NCBI GenBank assembly: GCA_963977445.1
Contig: CAXBPH010000085.1
Span: 1 to 24,594, forward strand
Origin: an uncultured bacterium
Lineage (GTDB): Bacteria > Hydrogenedentota > Hydrogenedentia > Hydrogenedentales > JAEUWI01
Direction: 5' to 3'
DNA: 24,594 bases
The first letter of the stretch is position 1. Each line of letters opens with the position of its first letter. The notes beneath the pieces were generated by a model that saw only the letters and a program-made list of their open reading frames with translations, made no database searches and was not told the origin of the DNA. Positions 19,393 through 24,594 of this stretch are shown in pieces. Both the position numbers and the translations under genes were made by a program.

Positions 19393-20886
19393 GTGGAGCG
19401 CAGCAGCGCATTGGAAGAAGACAGTAGAAGTTCAGCACGATGGTTTAGACACATATTTGTAACTTTTTGCTGGGCAAGCGCCGCGCTTATTTTGACTGGC
19501 ATTGGGAGCGACGGGGGAGCCGAACCCGCTGCCGTAGTTGCTGATGTCGCCGCATCGCTCCCGTCCCCGGAACTGGAGGACTGGTCTGACGCATTCCAGC
19601 CTCGCTATCTCGTTGTCGTTGCAATCTTATTATCCCTCTCGGCGTTTTTTTCTGCATCGGAAGTGGCCTACTTTTCAATGAGTCCCTTGCATATTCGTGC
19701 ATTGGGCGAGCGAACGGGACTGTTGGATCAGGCGGCGAGCCGTTTGCTTACCCATCCCGGTGCACTCCTTACGTCCATTCTGATGGGTAATTCCATTGTA
19801 AACGTATTGCTGGGTGTGACGCTGGCCTTGCCCGTTGAGCGGCTTTTTGAGCATTTACTCCCGCCGGCCTTTTCGTACCTTGCTGCGGTGGCCTTTTGTA
19901 CGGCCATCCTGGTGATCGTTGGGGAAATCGTGCCCAAACTGCTGGTGGTGCGGAACAACGAGCTCTATGCGCGCTGGGCCGCCTATCCGCTGGGATTCTG
20001 CAGCGGGATTCTGATGCCCCTTCGCCATGGTGTATTGTGGCTGGTTGGCTTTCTCTTCCGTGTTACGGGGTTCAGCGACCTCCGTCCGGCACCCTTTATG
20101 ACCGATAACGAGTTCGCCTCCCTCCTTTCGGAAGGCGAAGCGACCGGTGCCATCGAAAAAGATGAGCGGGAAATGATCCAGGGCATCCTCAAGGTGAGCG
20201 AATCCATGGTTCGTGAAATTCTCATTCCCCGGCCGGATATTATCGCCCTGAACGAGGACGTGACCATCGCGCAAGCCCTGGAAGTCGTCATTGAACATGA
20301 ATATGCCCGGATCCCGGTTTACGGCGAGAGCATTGACCAGATTACCGGTATTCTCTACGCCAAAGACCTGCTGATCCATGTGGATCAGGGCGATATGGAT
20401 GTGCCCATCAAGCCGCTCCTGCGCCCGGCCCATTATGTGCCCGAAACGATGACCGTATCGGATTTCATGAAATCCGTACAGCTGCTTCGCACCCATCTTG
20501 CCATCGTGGTGGATGAGTTCGGTGGCACCGAGGGTCTCGTTACCCTCCACGATGCCCTGCGCGAAATTGTGGGTGAAATGGAGCTCGATGATCGGCCCGA
20601 TGAATCGACGGTGGTCCAGTTGGAAAAAGATCTCTACGAAGTCGATGGCCGCTTTCCCCTGGATGAGTTGGAAGCCCTTACGGGCGTTCCGGTAGATGAT
20701 GAAGAACACGCCACGGTGGCGGGCTTTCTGATGGAGCAGAGTGACAAAGTGTTGGAGGTAGGCGACCATATACGCCACGAAGGCGTCCGCTACACGGTTG
20801 AGGCGGTCGACGGCAAGCGCGTTTCCCGGTTACAGATACGTATTCCTCGGCGAAGTAGTCGTAAATCCGGGGGGAATACGCCATGA
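19393..20886 (+). CDS. CNNM/CorB (hemolysin-family) transporter: DUF21 + CBS pair + CorC_HlyC; start GTG 19393 or TTG 19411
   Basis: Motifs LSAFFSASEVA, GEIVPK, VREILIPR, YARIPVY, AIVVDEFGGTEGLVTLHD, HATVAGF. Confidence 0.9.
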   Translation: MERSSALEEDSRSSARWFRHIFVTFCWASAALILTGIGSDGGAEPAAVVADVAASLPSPELEDWSDAFQPRYLVVVAILLSLSAFFSASEVAYFSMSPLHIRALGERTGLLDQAASRLLTHPGALLTSILMGNSIVNVLLGVTLALPVERLFEHLLPPAFSYLAAVAFCTAILVIVGEIVPKLLVVRNNELYARWAAYPLGFCSGILMPLRHGVLWLVGFLFRVTGFSDLRPAPFMTDNEFASLLSEGEATGAIEKDEREMIQGILKVSESMVREILIPRPDIIALNEDVTIAQALEVVIEHEYARIPVYGESIDQITGILYAKDLLIHVDQGDMDVPIKPLLRPAHYVPETMTVSDFMKSVQLLRTHLAIVVDEFGGTEGLVTLHDALREIVGEMELDDRPDESTVVQLEKDLYEVDGRFPLDELEALTGVPVDDEEHATVAGFLMEQSDKVLEVGDHIRHEGVRYTVEAVDGKRVSRLQIRIPRRSSRKSGGNTP

Positions 20887-22115
20887 TGACCGCAATTCTT
20901 CTCTTTGTTCTGGGCATCATGCTCAACGCATTCTTTGCAGGCTATGAGACCGGTTTTGTGGCGAGTAATCGCATTCGGGTGCGCCATATGGCCGAGACCG
21001 AAGGACACCTGCGCGCTGCAATTCTGCTGAAATACCTGCTCCACCCGGAGCGTATGATTACCGTGGTGCTCGTCGGCACCAACATGGCCCTGGTCATGGG
21101 CACCATCGCCCTGACCCGGGAGCTCGGTCCGCTCTGGAGCACATTAATTGCGACTCCTCTGTTTCTGGTCTTTGGCGAAGTGTTGCCCAAGAGCGCCTTC
21201 CGCCTCCATCCGACCCGGTTTTCATTGGCCTTGCTGCCCCTGATTCGTTTTTTTGATGTGGTGCTCGCGCCGGTCGTGGTCCCCGTATCCTGGCTCTCCG
21301 CCAAACTCGTTTCCATGGTGGAAGGCGAGATGAAGGCCGAAGAGTCCCTCATGAGCACGGTGGAAGACATGCGCGTGCTCTTTGACGAGAGTGCCCATCG
21401 GGGAACCATCGAAGAAGACGAAAAAGCCATGATCCACTCGGTCATTGACCTCCAGTCGATTCTGGCCAAAGAGGTCATGGTGCCCCGCATTAATATTGTG
21501 GCCTTGCCTGAGACGGCCACCCGCAGCGAGCTTATTACCAAACTGGTGGAAAGTGGCTACACACGCCTTCCCGTCTATCGGGAGTCCATCGATTCGATCA
21601 TCGGGGTGGTCAACGCGTTTGATATTCTCCGGGCCCGCGAATCCTTTGAGACCCTGGAAGGCTTTATTCAGGAAGTGCTCCATGTGCCCGACACCATGAA
21701 GTTGGATGACCTGCTGGAGCGCATGCGCGAGCATGGCAGTTCTTTTGCGGTGGTTACCGATGAATATGGCGGTACGGACGGGATTATTACCCAGGAAGAC
21801 GTGCTGGAAGAGATTTTTGGTGAATTCCATGATGAATACGATAAGGCCGAGACCTCGATACGGGAAGTCAGCCCCGGGGCCTTCGTCGTAGATGCCCATA
21901 TGGAATTGGAAACCGCTTCGGAAGTCATGGGTGTGACCCTTGAAGATGAAGAAGTGGAAACGGTTGGAGGCTGGGTAATGCACCGACTGGGACGCATTCC
22001 GGCTACGGGCGAAGTTATTCGCGACGAGCCCTTCAAGATCACCATCCTGGAAGGCACGGGGAACAGTATTACCCGCCTGCGGATCGAGATAACACAGGCA
22101 CCACCCGAAGAATAA
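20883..22115 (+). CDS. Second CNNM/CorB (hemolysin-family) transporter
   Basis: Motifs LNAFFAGYETG, GEVLPK, AKEVMVPR, GYTRLPVY, VTDEYGGTDGIITQEDVLEEIFGE, ETVGGW. ATGA overlap with the first paralogue. Confidence 0.9.
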   Translation: MMTAILLFVLGIMLNAFFAGYETGFVASNRIRVRHMAETEGHLRAAILLKYLLHPERMITVVLVGTNMALVMGTIALTRELGPLWSTLIATPLFLVFGEVLPKSAFRLHPTRFSLALLPLIRFFDVVLAPVVVPVSWLSAKLVSMVEGEMKAEESLMSTVEDMRVLFDESAHRGTIEEDEKAMIHSVIDLQSILAKEVMVPRINIVALPETATRSELITKLVESGYTRLPVYRESIDSIIGVVNAFDILRARESFETLEGFIQEVLHVPDTMKLDDLLERMREHGSSFAVVTDEYGGTDGIITQEDVLEEIFGEFHDEYDKAETSIREVSPGAFVVDAHMELETASEVMGVTLEDEEVETVGGWVMHRLGRIPATGEVIRDEPFKITILEGTGNSITRLRIEITQAPPEE

Positions 22116-22137
22116 ATTGGGGGGCCCCATGGTAAAC

Positions 22138-22166
22138 TCGAAAAGGCCCACCGAGGTACGTAGAAT
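22138..22166 (+). promoter_or_regulatory. Putative sigma70 promoter of the DUF502 gene
   Basis: TCGAAA (22138-22143), 17 nt spacer, TAGAAT (22161-22166). Confidence 0.4.
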
Positions 22167-22240
22167 AAGACATGGCATTTGTGCCGGTATATGGCGTCGG
22201 GGACCGCAAATTCGGGTAGTTTCCCTGAAGAAAGCACGAC

Positions 22241-22975
22241 ATGAAACCAGCCAGAAATGATACCGAATATAACAGTTTCACCAGCTTCATGCGTGTGTAT
22301 TTCAAACAGGTGCAGCGCTATGTGACCACCGGTGTCATGGTCTGGGTGCCTCTGTTTATCACCATCTGGGTTGCTTGGACGTTTGTTTCCAAGATAGCCC
22401 TGGCCATCAGCGTTTCCATGAACCGGGTCGAGCAATATGTGCGGCGGGTCGGAGAGCAGGTGCCCACGCTGGACTTCCTCCAGCACTTTCGCTTCGATTC
22501 TGATTTTGCCTCCATGGGCACGGGCTTCTTGCTCGCCATTCTTCTCTTTCTCTGCACCGGTTTCCTGACCCGCTACCTGGTTGGTCGGAAGATTATCGCC
22601 ACGGGTGAAACGCTCGTGGGTAAGATTCCCCTCATCAGCCGGGTTTATCTGGCCGTGCAGCAGATTCGCGACGTCTTTGTAAATCGCGAGGGCGCCGTTT
22701 TTCAACAGGTGGTTTTGCTGGAATATCCCCGCAAAGGCATTACGGCCGTGGGCTTTGTTACTTCCGATGAGCAGGGTGTGGTGCAGCAAACAACCGGTCG
22801 CACCCTTTCGGCGGTCTTTGTCCCTACGACGCCCAACCCGACCTCGGGTTTCCTGCTCTACCTGCCCCCGGAAGAGCTCACACCGGTTGCCATGTCGGTG
22901 GAAGACGCCATGAAACTTATCGTTTCCGGTGGTGCCTATATACCGGGTAGCCACCCGGTGATAGAGAAAAAGTAG
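22241..22975 (+). CDS. DUF502-family membrane protein
   Basis: Motifs TGVMVWVPLFITIW, KIPLISRVY, VVLLEYPRKG, VFVPTTPNPTSGFL and MSVEDAMKLIVSGG are characteristic of DUF502. Confidence 0.88.
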   Translation: MKPARNDTEYNSFTSFMRVYFKQVQRYVTTGVMVWVPLFITIWVAWTFVSKIALAISVSMNRVEQYVRRVGEQVPTLDFLQHFRFDSDFASMGTGFLLAILLFLCTGFLTRYLVGRKIIATGETLVGKIPLISRVYLAVQQIRDVFVNREGAVFQQVVLLEYPRKGITAVGFVTSDEQGVVQQTTGRTLSAVFVPTTPNPTSGFLLYLPPEELTPVAMSVEDAMKLIVSGGAYIPGSHPVIEKK

Positions 22976-23072
22976 GCCGTCGCCCTGTGCCTGACGGGGC
23001 CCGTGTATCGTTAGCCGCCCATTCACCCGGCACGGTTCGGTGAATGTTATTCACAACTACAGGAGCTTTCTC

Positions 23073-24594
23073 GTGCGATTTAATTTTTCTCAATGGACGC
23101 TGGTCGCAATCGCAATAACTTCGCTGGTGGGGTGTTCTGGTGGTGACTCCGGCACGGGAGCAGCGGACAACGTCCTGCGGATTAATATTAATGCCGAGGT
23201 TAAAGATCTGGACCCCCAGTTGGTCACCGGCGTACCCGAACATCGCGTCAACGGGGCCCTTTTTGAAGGTCTGGCCGATATGGACCCGGCCACCCTGGAG
23301 CCTATCCCCGGTGCCGCTGAATCCTGGACCATTTCAGAAGACGGTCGGGTCTACACCTTCACCCTGCGCAAGGATGGTAAATGGTCGAATGGCGACCCCG
23401 TTACGGCACAGGACTTTCACTACAGCTTCCAGCGGATGCTGAGCCCGGCCCTGGCCGCGGACTATTCCTATCTGTTGTATTGCATCAAGAATGGGGAAGC
23501 ATTCAACAAGGGCACGTTGAAGAATTTCGACGAAGTGGGGGTGAAGGTCATCGACGACTATACCCTCGAACTTAGCCTGGTAAACCCCACGCCCTATTTG
23601 CTGGCCATGCAGATGCACCAGGCCTGGTACCCCGTTCATCAGGCGACCATCGAGGCCTTCGGTGCTATGGACGAGCGCAGCACGCCCTGGACCCGTGCAG
23701 GCAATCACGTGGGCAACGGGCCCTTCCGCCTGACCGCCTGGCGGCCCAATGAAATCATCAAGGTGGTGCGCAATGAGCACTATTGGGATCGGGACCATGT
23801 TCGCCTCGATGGCATCGACTTCTATCCCATTGAAGATATGCAAACCGAGGAGCGGAGTTTCCGGACGGGCAAGATTCAGATGACGGGGGAAGTACCCCTC
23901 GACAAGATTCCTGTCTACCAAAAGGAAAACCCCGAACTCATCCACATAGACCCCTACCTTGGCGTCTATTTCTACCGCGTGAACACGACCCGCCCACCCT
24001 TCAACGATCCCCGGGTCCGTCAGGCACTCTCACTGGCCACCGATCGGGAAGGGCTGGTGCGCAACGTGTTAAAAGGTGGGGAGCAACCTGCCTTTCACTA
24101 TGTGCCCCCGGGCATCAATGACTATGTGAGTGAAGACAAGCTTTCCTTTGATCCCGAAAAGGCCCGGGCCCTGTTGGCCGAGGCAGGCTACCCCAATGGC
24201 GCGAATATGCCGCCCGTAGAGATTCTCTACAATACGTCGGAAAACCACAAACGGATTGCCGAGACCATCCAGCAGATGTGGAAGACCCAGATCGGGGTGG
24301 ATGTGCAGTTGGTGAATCAGGACTGGAAAGTCTATCTCGATACAACACGGAGCATGAACTACACCCTGGCCCGTGCCGCGTGGATTGGAGATTTCATGGA
24401 TCCGGTGAACTTTCTGGAAATGTGGCTCACCGATGGCGGAAACAACGAAACGGGCTACAGCAGACCGGAGTATGATGCCCTCATACAGCAGGCCTACGCC
24501 GAGGCAGACCCGGCAAAACGTCTGGTTGCCCTCAAAACGGCGGAAGACATGATTCTTGAAGATCTGCCTGTCATTCCCATTTACTTCTATACGC
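23073..24594 (+). CDS. oppA: Peptide ABC transporter substrate-binding lipoprotein (SBP family 5, OppA-like), 3'-truncated
   Basis: Translated by hand. SD AGGAG (23061-23065), GTG 23073, then MRFNFSQWTLVAIAITSLVG-C (lipobox), DLDPQ, LFEGL, AESWTISEDGRVYTFTLR..KWSNGDPVTAQDF, VGNGPF and DPRVRQAL. No stop before the window end. Confidence 0.9.
   Translation, partial: MRFNFSQWTLVAIAITSLVGCSGGDSGTGAADNVLRININAEVKDLDPQLVTGVPEHRVNGALFEGLADMDPATLEPIPGAAESWTISEDGRVYTFTLRKDGKWSNGDPVTAQDFHYSFQRMLSPALAADYSYLLYCIKNGEAFNKGTLKNFDEVGVKVIDDYTLELSLVNPTPYLLAMQMHQAWYPVHQATIEAFGAMDERSTPWTRAGNHVGNGPFRLTAWRPNEIIKVVRNEHYWDRDHVRLDGIDFYPIEDMQTEERSFRTGKIQMTGEVPLDKIPVYQKENPELIHIDPYLGVYFYRVNTTRPPFNDPRVRQALSLATDREGLVRNVLKGGEQPAFHYVPPGINDYVSEDKLSFDPEKARALLAEAGYPNGANMPPVEILYNTSENHKRIAETIQQMWKTQIGVDVQLVNQDWKVYLDTTRSMNYTLARAAWIGDFMDPVNFLEMWLTDGGNNETGYSRPEYDALIQQAYAEADPAKRLVALKTAEDMILEDLPVIPIYFYT

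Noticed and set aside
22131..22230. Superficial likeness to a c-di-GMP-I riboswitch (GGTAAAC...GAAA...GGGACCGCAAA)
   Set aside because: The elements are too far apart, the GNRA-capped stem does not form, the GGACGCAAA core has an extra base, and a predicted promoter falls in the middle. An Rfam scan would settle it.

Overview
A core-genome bacterial window with 16 protein-coding genes, all on the + strand. It is moderately GC-rich and probably from a diderm, judged by the SurA-like chaperone and the RNA polymerase insertions. Gene order: rodA (5'-truncated), RNase G/E, HD-GYP protein, rpoB, rpoC, SurA-like chaperone, uncharacterised membrane protein, eno, ftsB-like, phoH, PgpH-like 7TM-HD phosphodiesterase, ybeY, two tandem CNNM/CorB genes, DUF502 protein, oppA (3'-truncated, absent from the ORF track). 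I see no RNA genes, mobile elements, CRISPR arrays or defence systems, and no clear new multi-gene system. Four observations stand out. (i) rpoBC is a free-standing unit, detached from rplKAJL and rpsL, with its own sigma70 promoter, a structured leader and a downstream hairpin. (ii) RpoB carries substitutions at normally invariant rifampicin-pocket positions (E. coli Q513H, I572M) and at the CRE-pocket residue R151. (iii) phoH most likely starts at a non-canonical CTG. (iv) A phoH-pgpH-ybeY-CNNM-CNNM operon links a probable c-di-AMP phosphodiesterase to a pair of dissimilar Mg2+-transporter paralogues. All calls come from reading motifs by eye, and E. coli residue numbers come from recalled alignments. 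No database searches were run.
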